Of a DNA stretch of 47,230 bases, positions 30,030 to 40,224 are shown piece after piece. How positions within the stretch are numbered: the first letter of the stretch is position 1; each line of letters begins with the position of its first letter. Source of the DNA: Campylobacterales bacterium. Its GTDB lineage: Bacteria; Campylobacterota; Campylobacteria; Campylobacterales; QNZT01. Below the pieces are notes generated by a model. It was not told the DNA's origin and ran no database searches. It worked only from the letters and a program-made list of their open reading frames with translations. The stretch covers positions 1 to 47,230 of the forward strand of contig JALWLO010000074.1 in assembly GCA_027084135.1 (NCBI GenBank). The letters are read 5' to 3'. The position numbers were made by a program, and so were the translations under genes.

Positions 30030-32057
30030 CTATAGGGTAAACTCTGCGACCTTTTTATGAATCTCTTTCACTTTCGTTGACAACTCATTTGAGCTCTCAT
30101 AGATCGTAGCTACTTTCTTAGTATTGTCTTCAGAGAGTTTGTTGCTCTCTTGAAGATCGAGCGCTATTGCTTCAACGCTCTTGGCATTTTTCTCAACACT
30201 TATCGATGATTTTTCTATCTGATTATTTGCCTCATTCATGATGGTATTGATCCACTCCACCTCTTTTAATACCTCTTCGGATACCTCGGTCATAGCTGAG
30301 ATCTCCTCTGCATTTTGATTCATCTCGCTACTGGCTTCTGTGATATTTTGCATGATGACATTGATCGTCGCATTAATTTCAGAGAGAGATTTTTGCGTCC
30401 TCTCTGCCAGTTGTCTCACCTCATCGGCAACGACCGCAAACCCTCTACCGTGTTCTCCCGCTCTTGCCGCCTCTATCGCGGCATTGAGTGCAAGCAAGTT
30501 TGTCTGCTCAGCGATATCGTTGATGACTGAAAGAACATTTTTTACATCGTTAGCATCTTGGCTTAGTTGGTTAATCTTATCCGCCATCTCCATCTCTTTT
30601 TGACTACTCTCTTCAACTCTCTCAACAAGTTTATTAATCGTTTGAGTCGCTTGCTGAAGCGTCTCATAGGCAGCAGCAATCTGCTCTTTGGAGTTTGCCG
30701 CTATCTCTTTTGAGGAGATGAGTTCCTCCTTAATATCTTCACCTTTTTGCGCCATATTTGTGATCACTTTTGACATATCTTTTGAGTTAGCAGCGATCTC
30801 TTTTGACTCCTCTTGCATCTTAGCGGCATTTCTCGTACTCACATCCACAACACTTAGAATATCTCTCATCGTTTCATGGATAGAGACTCTCAGAGAGTTA
30901 TAGGCTGTTGCGATCTCTCTTAGCTCATCATTGGTATTGATCTTTAGATCTTTTGAGAGATCCTTTTTCCTCTCGATCTCTTTTAGCTGACTGACAACTG
31001 AACCGACTGTACCGGTGATGGAGTGATAAAAAGCTTGCGACATGATAAAGAGGAACAGCGCAAAGACACCTACCTCTATCCAAAGTTTTGTTGCTTCCCA
31101 CTTCTTTTTGGCTACTCGATTTGCTAAAAGTTCTTGAAGTTTTACATTTGTAGCGTCATATAACGCACTCGCTTTATTGATAACATCTGTACCTTCGGCA
31201 AATATCGACTCAGATGAGACATCTTGAGAAAAGAGGACATGATCATTGACATCATTGAGAAATTTTTGTGCACTATTCATAAACTCACTCTCTGCCTTAG
31301 ATAGCGCACTTTTGACATTTGGATTTACTTCATAAGATGTTTCATATCCGCTTTGCAATCTTTTGATCATCTCATGTGCATTCGCCTCAAGTCTATCTAG
31401 CTTTAACATCTCTTCTCTTTCTATAGTTCCCTTTGTAGAGATAGTCGCACTGAGTCCCCTCATCTTTCCAAGATACTCCATAATAGTCGGTAACTTATTG
31501 ATACCTGCATCCATCAGATAGAAGCTGTCAAGCTCAGGATCGAGTATGAGATTTGACTCATCTCCTATCTTTACTATCAGATCCAACTCTTTAGATACCA
31601 CATCACTATACCTCTTAAATGCCTCTTTTGCCGGCATATTTAAGGCATTTTCCATCAAGCTATTGAGAGAACTCTCTATCTGTGTAGCAAGTGTATCAAG
31701 ATTGTTTATACCGTTGTCTTTTGCCATCTCAAGATTTGGCTTTAACTCTTTAAGATCTCTTTTGACTTGCTCTTTTAGCGATTGGATTTTCGGCAGTGCA
31801 TTTTTATTGCCACTAAGGTATGTAGCGGTCGTTCCTCTTAATTTTTGCGTATCCATTAAAAGCGTTTTAACAGGTGGAAGCACCTTCGACCCTACATACT
31901 CTTTATTGGCAAAATCGATCGAATGATTGATCCTAATGATATTATTATAGACAAGCAATACGGTATAACTTAAGGCAACCGCACCTATGAGCATAAATTT
32001 TGACCGATATGATAAGTGATTGAGTAGATTTATCAACGGCGAGAGTAAATTTTTCAT
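30030..32057 (-). CDS. methyl-accepting chemotaxis protein
   Basis: Two TM segments; sensor with [14 protein letters not shown]; HAMP; [34 protein letters not shown]. Confidence 0.95.
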   Translation of the reverse strand: MKNLLSPLINLLNHLSYRSKFMLIGAVALSYTVLLVYNNIIRINHSIDFANKEYVGSKVLPPVKTLLMDTQKLRGTTATYLSGNKNALPKIQSLKEQVKRDLKELKPNLEMAKDNGINNLDTLATQIESSLNSLMENALNMPAKEAFKRYSDVVSKELDLIVKIGDESNLILDPELDSFYLMDAGINKLPTIMEYLGKMRGLSATISTKGTIEREEMLKLDRLEANAHEMIKRLQSGYETSYEVNPNVKSALSKAESEFMNSAQKFLNDVNDHVLFSQDVSSESIFAEGTDVINKASALYDATNVKLQELLANRVAKKKWEATKLWIEVGVFALFLFIMSQAFYHSITGTVGSVVSQLKEIERKKDLSKDLKINTNDELREIATAYNSLRVSIHETMRDILSVVDVSTRNAAKMQEESKEIAANSKDMSKVITNMAQKGEDIKEELISSKEIAANSKEQIAAAYETLQQATQTINKLVERVEESSQKEMEMADKINQLSQDANDVKNVLSVINDIAEQTNLLALNAAIEAARAGEHGRGFAVVADEVRQLAERTQKSLSEINATINVIMQNITEASSEMNQNAEEISAMTEVSEEVLKEVEWINTIMNEANNQIEKSSISVEKNAKSVEAIALDLQESNKLSEDNTKKVATIYESSNELSTKVKEIHKKVAEFTL

Positions 32058-32231
32058 ATTTCATCCTTTCTATCAACAAAAATAGCTTAGTACTAGATCG
32101 GTTTTAAAAAAATTTTTTTTAACTTTGAAACGCTTTTTGAGATATGAAAAACAGGACAATTATTGTTCAAAAATTAAGCAATGAGAAGAGTTGGATTTTC
32201 ATAACATAAAATGAGGGAAGAAAAACCTCCC

Positions 32232-33932
32232 TTAACACTCCTCTATATCTGTCTTGAGTACCGCGCCGTTGCTTGCGTTTGAGACGAGTATCCTATACTG
32301 TTTGAGCCATGAGCTTTGGAGTGCCTTTTTCTTCGGCGTAAATGACGCTCTCCTCTTTTCCAACTCCTCATCACTAAGTCTAACTTCAAGCTTATAGTTA
32401 TCCACATCGATATCGATGATATCTCCATCTCTAAGCAAACCTATCACGCCCCCTTCAGCCGCTTCAGGACTTACATGACCGATGCTAGCTCCCCTTGTCG
32501 CTCCGCTAAATCGCCCATCTGTGATGAGTGCCACTTTGTCTCCTAGCCCCATACCGGCGATGAGCGAAGTAGGAGCTAGCATCTCTTGCATACCCGGACC
32601 CCCTTTTGGTCCTTCATACCTGATAACCACTACATCTCCCGGCTTCACCTTACCGCCGACTATCCCCTCTATCGCCTCTTGTTGAGAGTCAAAACAGACT
32701 GCCGTTCCACTAAATACTCGCATTTGGGGATCTATTCCCGCCGTTTTCACTACCGCACCCTCTTTGGCTAGATTTCCAAAGAGTATCGCCAATCCTCCGA
32801 CTTGTGAGTAGGGGTTGTCTATCGTATGGATAATAGTCGTATCTTTTATCTCGCTATCCGCTATCCGCTCACCGACTGTTTGCCCCTCTATGGTTGGATT
32901 GTCCAGATGGAGGATCTCTCCTCTTTTACTAATCTCATGCATCACCGCACTCACTCCACCGGCACTATGGATATCCTCCATATGAACCGTACTGAGAGAG
33001 GGAGAGATCTTGGCTATATGAGAGACCTTTTTACTCATCTCGTTGATATCGGCAAGATTAAAATCAACTCCCGCCTCTTTGGCGATCGCAAGCATATGGA
33101 GAACGGTATTTGAGCTTCCACCCATCGCCATATCTACCGCAAAGGCGTTGTGAACCGCCTTTTCATTTAAGATATTTTTGATCTTAAACTTTTCGGTAAG
33201 CTCCTCACTCTTTGCGATCTCACACACTCTTCTAGCCGCCTCTCTGAGTAGCTCCTCTCTCTGTGGGGTTTGCGCGAGGATAGTACCGTTTCCTTTGAGT
33301 GCGATACCCATTGCTTCCATGAGGGTATTCATACTATTTGCGGTAAACATACCGCTACAGCTTCCGCCGCTTGGACACGCTTCACACTCGATCTCCGCAA
33401 GTCTCTCTTTGCTGATATTGCCGGCTTCATACTCACCCACCGCCTCAAAGGCAGTCGCCAAATCTATACTAGTACCGTCGCTTAGCTTCCCGGCTCTCAT
33501 CGGTCCGCCGCTGACAAAAACGGTAGGAACATTAACCCTAAGCGCTCCCATGATCATCCCGGGAGTGATTTTGTCACAATTTGGTATGCAGATCATCGCA
33601 TCGAGTTTATGCGCATTCATCACCGTCTCTATGGAGTTTGCTATGATCTCCCTACTCGGTAATGAGTAGAGCATCCCGTCATGCCCCATCGCGATACCGT
33701 CATCGACTCCGATCGTATTGAACTCAAAAGGAACACAACCGTTTTTTCTGATCTCATCTTTGATAATCTCACTATATTTGTTTAAGAAAAAGTGCCCGGG
33801 TATAATCTCTATAAAGGAATTTGCCACCCCGATAAAGGGCTTGTCAAAATCCTCATCTTTCAGACCCGTAGCTCTAAGCAGACTTCTATGCGGAGTTCTG
33901 TTGTAGCCTTTTTTAACCTCATCACTTCTCAT
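32232..33932 (-). CDS. ilvD: dihydroxy-acid dehydratase
   Basis: [28 protein letters not shown]. Confidence 0.98.
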   Translation of the reverse strand: MRSDEVKKGYNRTPHRSLLRATGLKDEDFDKPFIGVANSFIEIIPGHFFLNKYSEIIKDEIRKNGCVPFEFNTIGVDDGIAMGHDGMLYSLPSREIIANSIETVMNAHKLDAMICIPNCDKITPGMIMGALRVNVPTVFVSGGPMRAGKLSDGTSIDLATAFEAVGEYEAGNISKERLAEIECEACPSGGSCSGMFTANSMNTLMEAMGIALKGNGTILAQTPQREELLREAARRVCEIAKSEELTEKFKIKNILNEKAVHNAFAVDMAMGGSSNTVLHMLAIAKEAGVDFNLADINEMSKKVSHIAKISPSLSTVHMEDIHSAGGVSAVMHEISKRGEILHLDNPTIEGQTVGERIADSEIKDTTIIHTIDNPYSQVGGLAILFGNLAKEGAVVKTAGIDPQMRVFSGTAVCFDSQQEAIEGIVGGKVKPGDVVVIRYEGPKGGPGMQEMLAPTSLIAGMGLGDKVALITDGRFSGATRGASIGHVSPEAAEGGVIGLLRDGDIIDIDVDNYKLEVRLSDEELEKRRASFTPKKKALQSSWLKQYRILVSNASNGAVLKTDIEEC

Positions 33933-33980
33933 CTATACTATCCTTAATCATAAATATTTGGGGATTATACATAAAAAGGG

Positions 33981-34259
33981 CTAATCATCCTCTTTTTGCT
34001 CTTCTCTTAAAGCCTCCATTTTTGCCTCATAAGCCATCATCTCATACCTTATCTCATCGATCTGCTTTTTGGTGACATTCTCCTCCTGCTGCCAAATCAC
34101 CTCTACATAGCCGCCATATATCTGACCCATATCCTCTATCTTCGCGGCATACTCATCCACATCTAAAGCATACTCGACTCTATCTTGCTCCTCATCTACA
34201 AGCTCAAAATACCACCTTCCCTCCGGGTTTACTTTGATGATTGATACGATTGTTCCCAA
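33981..34259 (-). CDS. small acidic hypothetical protein
   Basis: 92-aa ORF with TTG start after AAGGA. Confidence 0.65.
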   Translation of the reverse strand: MGTIVSIIKVNPEGRWYFELVDEEQDRVEYALDVDEYAAKIEDMGQIYGGYVEVIWQQEENVTKKQIDEIRYEMMAYEAKMEALREEQKEDD

Positions 34260-34364
34260 TACTCATCCTTTTTTAAAATTTGTGCAAAAATTTTTAACAA
34301 AAAGTCAATAACTTTCGCTATACTTCCAACAGATGAATTTTATCAATTTTTCCGGGAGTTTATA

Positions 34365-35558
34365 TTGATTTTTATCAGGATACTTCTTTTGACATTTATA
34401 TCTTTACTTATAGGTTGCGGTGGCGGGGATTCTAAAAATCATCCTCCGATTGCTTTTGATCAAAACTTAAGCGTAAAAGCGGGAAAAAGTATCAAAGTTC
34501 CTTTTAAAGCAGATGATCCTGACGGTGATCAAATCAAATTTATTGTCTATAAGTTACCGCAAAACGGTCGATTTGACGCCGATAACTTAACCTATACTCC
34601 AAACGATACCTTTGCAGGGATAGATGAGATAGCCTTTTATGCAGTCGATGATAAAAACAACAGATCCAACGATGCGAAAATCATCATCCAATCTCTCTAT
34701 GATGCCCCACCCACTTTGACGCTCAATGGAGCAGAAACCATCATTATCGAACTTGGCGATAACTTTGATGATCCTGGAGCAACAGCTATCGACCCCGAAG
34801 ATGGAAACATTAGTGACACCATCTCAACAAGCGGGATAGTCGATACTTCAACTATCGGAACCTATACGATCACTTATAGTGTTACTGATAGCGCCTCTCA
34901 TAGCGTCACCAAAACAAGAGAGGTAAGAGTGGTACTACCTCGTTCATCAAATGATGATCTCATGATCATCAACCCTCATAACAGTAACCTCGTCATCAGC
35001 TATGATGATAATGAGGCACCCTATGATCCAAATACTCTCACCGTAAATATCTATGATAATACCCCTCAAGTTCCGAAAGAACCTAGAATGGTAGATATAG
35101 GAAACGCTAACTATGCACTTGAACTTTTTGGCAACGGCATCGATAATGCTTTTCATATATTAGGCTATGATACGATCAAAAAATATTATTGGAATGAACA
35201 TCCCGAATATCAAACTAGATTTCATATCTCATGGGATGCGAAGTTTAGTAGTGATTTTGTGATCTATATCGTACTAAAGTTTCAAACAGCTGACGGACAA
35301 ACAATCTGGAACGATCTAGTCTATACACCGACTCCAAACGGCTATGAAGGAGTTACAAACGGATTTTTACATATCTCTTTAGGAATCGGTGCCAAGGATG
35401 GAGAGTGGCACCATTATGAAAGAGATATCCTAGATGATCTACATAGATTTTATCCGGGAGCAACCATACCCTATAATGACAATAAAAAGGGCTATGTAAA
35501 CGGATTTGCGATAAGGGGAAGCGGTCTCATTACAAATCTAAAGCTATCTCTGAACTGA
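34365..35558 (+). CDS. lipoprotein with Ig-like domains (cadherin-like plus DUF5011-like) and a C-terminal beta domain
   Basis: Lipobox LIGC; NHPPIA...DPDGD...YTPNDTFAGID; PTLTLNG...DPGATAIDPEDG...GTYTITYSVTD. Confidence 0.8.
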   Translation: MIFIRILLLTFISLLIGCGGGDSKNHPPIAFDQNLSVKAGKSIKVPFKADDPDGDQIKFIVYKLPQNGRFDADNLTYTPNDTFAGIDEIAFYAVDDKNNRSNDAKIIIQSLYDAPPTLTLNGAETIIIELGDNFDDPGATAIDPEDGNISDTISTSGIVDTSTIGTYTITYSVTDSASHSVTKTREVRVVLPRSSNDDLMIINPHNSNLVISYDDNEAPYDPNTLTVNIYDNTPQVPKEPRMVDIGNANYALELFGNGIDNAFHILGYDTIKKYYWNEHPEYQTRFHISWDAKFSSDFVIYIVLKFQTADGQTIWNDLVYTPTPNGYEGVTNGFLHISLGIGAKDGEWHHYERDILDDLHRFYPGATIPYNDNKKGYVNGFAIRGSGLITNLKLSLN

Positions 35559-35562
35559 ACCC

Positions 35563-35746
35563 TCTGAAAAACTATAAATTGAAGAAAAGCTTTATAATTT
35601 TAGCAAAAATTTTATGTTAGCCGCAGGCTAAAAAGAGCACTAAACCACGAAGGGGCGCTTGCGTTTGCTCTTTTTAATAAAATTTTTTTGCGTTCGCGAA
35701 GCGGAAAAATTATAACTTGCTTGAGTGAAATTAATAGTTTTTCAGA
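35563..35746. repeat. palindromic intergenic element A (184 bp)
   Basis: Perfect 13-bp terminal inverted repeat TCTGAAAAACTAT/ATAGTTTTTCAGA; nested arms; homologous to 37103-37336. Confidence 0.8.
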
Positions 35747-35801
35747 ACACTAAACTAGCAAAAATTAAAGAATCAATATAGTTTAAAATATTTAATACAA
35801 C

Positions 35802-35815
35802 TTGATAAAAATCAA
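35802..35815. promoter_or_regulatory. Crp/Fnr-family-type box
   Basis: TTGAT-AAAA-ATCAA, exact TTGAT-N4-ATCAA, upstream of the CAP lipoprotein gene. Confidence 0.45.
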
Positions 35816-35851
35816 GCTATTATCATCCTAAATAGATCGAAAGGATGATAG

Positions 35852-36838
35852 ATGAGATATATTTCTTTAGTACTAGCTACCTTGCTGCTCATAGGATGTG
35901 GCGGCGGGAGTAGCAAAATCGACAAGGCAAAAGAGAAAGTCCAAAGTCTCATAGATGAAAATATCGGTTCGCAATCAAATGATATGAGTGGGCAAACAGA
36001 AACTACAAAAGCTACACAACCATCTACTACGGATGATCAAAATAGCACTACGCCAACCGATGAACAAAACGGTAGTAATATGCGACAAAGTGACACTACC
36101 AAGAGCGATACGGACAACACCCATAGTGACAACGACACCTCCTCGCAAAGTAGTACCGATGAACCCGCTTCAGGTAACAATAATAACCATACTGCCGACA
36201 CCAATAAAACAGATGATCAAAAGAGTAGTACTAACGATAATCAAAGTAGTGAAAATAACAGTTCATCAGAGAGTAGTACTAATAATAGCATAGACAATCA
36301 ACACAGCGATACAAATACTACCATAAAAAAGATCGTTGATAGACACAACTACTATAGAAACCTTCTCTATCACGATAGCAATCTCACTTGGGACGATGAG
36401 ATCGCAAAAAGTGCCCAAGAGTGGGCTAACTATCTCGCAGAACACTACACCGTTCAAGCAAGAGATAGAGGATACTCTCCACACGATAATCAAAACTTCG
36501 ACTATGGTGAAAATATCGCTTGGGGTATCCCTTCGATGGATTTTGTCACCGATGAGCCGATAGAGGATATCGATACTCCGAGTGACACGATTCCAGACGG
36601 AGCAGTAGATGCATGGGCAAGTGAAAAGGCTTACTATGATTATGAGACAAATAGTCAAAAAGCCGGTTATGAAGATAAAGTCATCGGACACTATACGCAA
36701 CTTGTCTGGAAAGAGAGTACTAAGGTCGGGTGTGCAAAGGCAAAGTCACAAACGGATCTAGGTGGCGAATGGGTTGTATGCAGATACTATAAACCGGGAA
36801 ATATGACGATAAACGGAGTAAAACAGAAGCCCTATTGA
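35852..36838 (+). CDS. CAP/SCP (PR-1-like) domain lipoprotein with a low-complexity S/T/D/N linker
   Basis: Lipobox LIGC; HNYYR, GENIAW, GHYTQLVWK, VCRYYKPGN. Confidence 0.92.
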   Translation: MRYISLVLATLLLIGCGGGSSKIDKAKEKVQSLIDENIGSQSNDMSGQTETTKATQPSTTDDQNSTTPTDEQNGSNMRQSDTTKSDTDNTHSDNDTSSQSSTDEPASGNNNNHTADTNKTDDQKSSTNDNQSSENNSSSESSTNNSIDNQHSDTNTTIKKIVDRHNYYRNLLYHDSNLTWDDEIAKSAQEWANYLAEHYTVQARDRGYSPHDNQNFDYGENIAWGIPSMDFVTDEPIEDIDTPSDTIPDGAVDAWASEKAYYDYETNSQKAGYEDKVIGHYTQLVWKESTKVGCAKAKSQTDLGGEWVVCRYYKPGNMTINGVKQKPY

Positions 36839-36843
36839 TTTGA

Positions 36844-36919
36844 TGGTGGAGCATAGCGGGCTCGAACCGCTGACCCCGACGCTGCCAGCGTCGTGCTCTC
36901 CCAGCTGAGCTAATGCCCC
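36844..36919 (-). tRNA. tRNA-Ala (GGC)
   Basis: GGGGCAT acceptor with G3:U70; loop CT-GGC-AG; ACCA end. Confidence 0.97.
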
Positions 36920-36950
36920 GAAAACGAGAGGATATTATACCACATTTTCC

Positions 36951-37067
36951 TCAGTTTTTCCTCTCTTCCTCTCTTTTTTTTGCCGCTTTTTTACCAAAAT
37001 GAAGTCCTATATAGATAGGCGCTACAATAATAGCGGCTCCGATAAGAACCCAAATGATCGTTGTCAT
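36951..37067 (-). CDS. unannotated 38-aa single-pass membrane peptide
   Basis: MTTIIWVLIGAAIIVAPIYIGLHFGKKAAKKREEERKN*; AGGAGAGG RBS. Confidence 0.7.
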   Translation of the reverse strand: MTTIIWVLIGAAIIVAPIYIGLHFGKKAAKKREEERKN

Positions 37068-37102
37068 ATACCTCTCCTGACATATTTAAATTTAATTGAT
37101 TA

Positions 37103-37336
37103 GTTTGAAAAACTGTTAATTGAACGAAAACTTTATAATTTTGTCCTCGTCACTCCGTTCCTGCGGGATTGTCGCAAGGCTCGGATAAGTTAAAAACTCA
37201 GCGTTAGCCGTAGGCTAAAAAAGTGCACCAACCCCGAAGGGGCACTTTAGTGTTTGCACTTTTTAGCAAAGTTTTTAACTGTTTGCGAAGCAATAAATTA
37301 TAACTCGTTTGAATGAGTATTAACAGTTTTTTAAAC
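37103..37336. repeat. palindromic intergenic element B (234 bp)
   Basis: 18-bp terminal inverted repeat GTTTGAAAAACTGTTAAT/ATTAACAGTTTTTTAAAC (one mismatch); same internal architecture as element A. Confidence 0.8.
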
Positions 37337-37349
37337 CCAAATTTTGTCT

Positions 37350-38336
37350 CTATTTTACCACAAAATATTTACTTGCCTCTTTTTTATCATCAAACGGCAC
37401 CGCTTCTAACTCTTCATCACCGATAAATATCCTACTCTTCTTGCCTCTTTGCGCTTTGGTATAGGTCAAAAAGAGTCGTCCCGCCAACTCTCTATCAGCT
37501 TCACTTGCATCTTTTGAGAGGTAGGTCACACCGCACGGAAGCCCGTCGCTCTTGATCCTTACATAGCCGCTATGGTTGATCTCTTTGAGATACTCGTTAT
37601 CCTCTCGGTTTCTTCCGATAACGAGCTTCGCCCCGCCCGGCAGTCTAAAGTGCCTACCGTATTTCAAAAGCTCGATATCTTCGACAACAAACTCTCCATG
37701 CTCTTGTATATCTCTTATCTTCATCGCCATCGAAGCATCCGTTAGCAGACAACCGCCTCCGGGAGACTCATAATCTTCAAAACCGTACTCTTTAGCGAGT
37801 CTGAGCTGTACCTCACGGCTTCTGCCCTGTATCCCCAAAAGTCTCTCTCTATCGACCCACCCCTCTATCTCCGGTGTTGTGGGTTCAAGTACCTTAGCCG
37901 AGAGCGGTCTGAGGATGAGATTTCTCTCTTGGCTATCGGCAAGGGCGGAGACCTTTTTGAGTGCATCACTCCTTTGACTCATCGGTCTCTGCCCCACCAC
38001 TTCACCCGTAATGATAAATGAGGCGCCATACTTCTCAAGTAATCCCAAGGCGATGCGAAACATATTTCCGTGGCAATCGATGCAGGGATTGAAGTTTTTG
38101 CCGTATCCATACTTTGGATTAAAGAGTATCTCTTTGACAAACTGCTCTCTTGTGTTTATCACATTAAAATCAGCCCCCACCATCTCTGCTCTTTTTTGAA
38201 GTAGCTCAAATCTATCCCTGCTACTTCCAAACCCTATGTCGATGTGCAGTGCGGTTACATCGATACCCTGCTCCGTGATGAGCTTTACAGCAAGCATACT
38301 ATCAAGCCCGCCGCTAAAGAGTGCTAAAGACTTCAT
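37350..38336 (-). CDS. PP-loop ATPase, ThiI/MnmA-like tRNA thiolation-type protein
   Basis: SGGLDS, NPCIDCH, GEVVGQRPMSQ, PGGGCLLT; overlaps the end of dnaG. Confidence 0.8.
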   Translation of the reverse strand: MKSLALFSGGLDSMLAVKLITEQGIDVTALHIDIGFGSSRDRFELLQKRAEMVGADFNVINTREQFVKEILFNPKYGYGKNFNPCIDCHGNMFRIALGLLEKYGASFIITGEVVGQRPMSQRSDALKKVSALADSQERNLILRPLSAKVLEPTTPEIEGWVDRERLLGIQGRSREVQLRLAKEYGFEDYESPGGGCLLTDASMAMKIRDIQEHGEFVVEDIELLKYGRHFRLPGGAKLVIGRNREDNEYLKEINHSGYVRIKSDGLPCGVTYLSKDASEADRELAGRLFLTYTKAQRGKKSRIFIGDEELEAVPFDDKKEASKYFVVK

Positions 38337-39981
38337 ACCGAACCATCTCCCCTCGTTTTAATCTTCCTATTATATCTTGAATTTTCCTACTATAAAAGCT
38401 CTTTTGCTCTAGAGTCAAATCTTTTTTAAATCTCAGCTTGTCCATCAGTGAAGCGTAGTGTCTTCTGAGCATAAATCTTATCTGCTCAAATAGCTCCTCT
38501 TTGTCATACTCTTTGAGATCCTCTCTCACCATGATACCGATGATCGCGCTATCTTCAGTCTCATCTCCTATCAACAACTCAAACTCTCTTTTGTGTGTTT
38601 TGAACACATCGATCGAGAGATACTCCAACACCTCATCCAAAAATTGCGGTTTAGCAAGAAGCGTTTTGATGATATTGAGCTCCGCGATATCCTCTTGGTT
38701 CTGTACTATCGGTTTGGATAGACGGCTACTCTTAGTACTAGATATTTTGATATGGCTAGTACTAATATCCAATAAGATCGCTAAAAAATCCCTATACTCA
38801 TCTTGGATAAGCGGCGCAAGGGTATGGAGATATTTGAGAGACTCATTGAGCGCTTTTTGCTTCTGCAGGGCATCATTGAGATCAAACTTACTTACGATAA
38901 ACTCCAACGCATACTCGATAAAAGGCTTTGAGGCGTTGAACTTCGCCTTTAGCTCATCCTCTCTCCCCTCTTTTACCATATCCGCCGGATCCATCCCCTC
39001 ATCAAATATCACAACCCCGCCTCTCATCTCCTTTTGGCTCAAAAGCTTTGCCGCCTTAAATGCCGCCTCCTTTCCGGCACTATCTCCGTCATAGGCAACG
39101 ATCACTTCCGGATCACCCCGTTTGATAAGCGGAACGACCTTTTCGGTAAGTGCCGTTCCAAGCGTCGCCACGGCATTTCTCCAACCGGCTTGATGGAGCA
39201 TCACCACATCCAAATTCCCCTCTACAATGATGATGCGCCCCTTTTTCATGATGCTATCTTTAGCTTTATGATAGCCAAAAAGGAGTGTTGATTTGTCAAA
39301 TATCCTACTTTGCGGGGAGTTGATATATTTTCCGATATCATTTCGTTGGGTGAGGATCCTCCCGCCAAAACCGACTATCTTACCGCTTGGACTAAAGATA
39401 GGAAAGGTGATACGATTGCTAAATCTCGCATATACCCTGCCGTCATCGCCTTTTGCCAAGATCCCCAGCTCCAACCCCTCGCTAAGTTTTACACCTCTAT
39501 TTCTCAAAAAATCCAAACTTTTATAGGAAGCAGGTGCGAAACCTATCTCAAACTTTTCGATGGAAGATTCATATACCCCTCGATTTAGCAAGTAGTGCTT
39601 CGCCTCAGGGTTGTTTTGCAACTCCTTTTTGAAAAAGTTGTTCAACTCCTCTAAGATAGAGGCTTTTTGATAGATAGAATCACTGTTTTGTGTTCTTTTT
39701 AGTGTTACTCCATATTCACTTGCCAGCTTCTCTATCGCTTCGGGATAGGTGAGATTTTCATACTCCATCACGAACTTGATACTATCGCCGCCGATACCGC
39801 AGCCAAAACACTTAAAGAGCTGTTTTGCGGGACTGACCGTAAAAGATGGAGATTTCTCATCATGAAAGGGGCAGTTTGCCTTATAGTTGGCTCCCGCTTT
39901 TTTAAGCTCTATATACCTGCTAACAACATCGACAATATCAAGTCTCGCTTTGAGCTGTTCTATGGACTCTTGTTCTATCAT
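38314..39981 (-). CDS. dnaG: DNA primase
   Basis: CPFH...CFGC zinc finger; GFGGR; KYINSP; TOPRIM VEGNLD and YDGDSAG. Confidence 0.98.
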   Translation of the reverse strand: MIEQESIEQLKARLDIVDVVSRYIELKKAGANYKANCPFHDEKSPSFTVSPAKQLFKCFGCGIGGDSIKFVMEYENLTYPEAIEKLASEYGVTLKRTQNSDSIYQKASILEELNNFFKKELQNNPEAKHYLLNRGVYESSIEKFEIGFAPASYKSLDFLRNRGVKLSEGLELGILAKGDDGRVYARFSNRITFPIFSPSGKIVGFGGRILTQRNDIGKYINSPQSRIFDKSTLLFGYHKAKDSIMKKGRIIIVEGNLDVVMLHQAGWRNAVATLGTALTEKVVPLIKRGDPEVIVAYDGDSAGKEAAFKAAKLLSQKEMRGGVVIFDEGMDPADMVKEGREDELKAKFNASKPFIEYALEFIVSKFDLNDALQKQKALNESLKYLHTLAPLIQDEYRDFLAILLDISTSHIKISSTKSSRLSKPIVQNQEDIAELNIIKTLLAKPQFLDEVLEYLSIDVFKTHKREFELLIGDETEDSAIIGIMVREDLKEYDKEELFEQIRFMLRRHYASLMDKLRFKKDLTLEQKSFYSRKIQDIIGRLKRGEMVRYEVFSTL

Positions 39982-40059
39982 TGGGATATTATATCACACT
40001 AACACTGCGCTAACACTACTTTCATAAAATTGAATGCACGAGAAAAGATAGGGGCAAAA

Positions 40060-40161
40060 ATGGATATTTGGGATATATTGATAATACTATTTATCTCTTT
40101 TTTGATAGGTGGTTTGATCAATGAGTTGATTACCTATTTTGAAAATAGAGAGGAGATGTAA
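40060..40161 (+). CDS. unannotated 33-aa hydrophobic peptide
   Basis: MDIWDILIILFISFLIGGLINELITYFENREEM*; AGGGG RBS-like motif. Confidence 0.5.
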   Translation: MDIWDILIILFISFLIGGLINELITYFENREEM

Positions 40162-40224
40162 CGATTTAGACTCCTTGATTATAATTTTGGTATAATAATC
40201 CTATCTTATGATCAAGGATTTTAT

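Noticed and set aside
35960-36325. DNA tandem repeat in the CAP lipoprotein linker
   Set aside because: Low-complexity protein sequence without regular nucleotide periodicity
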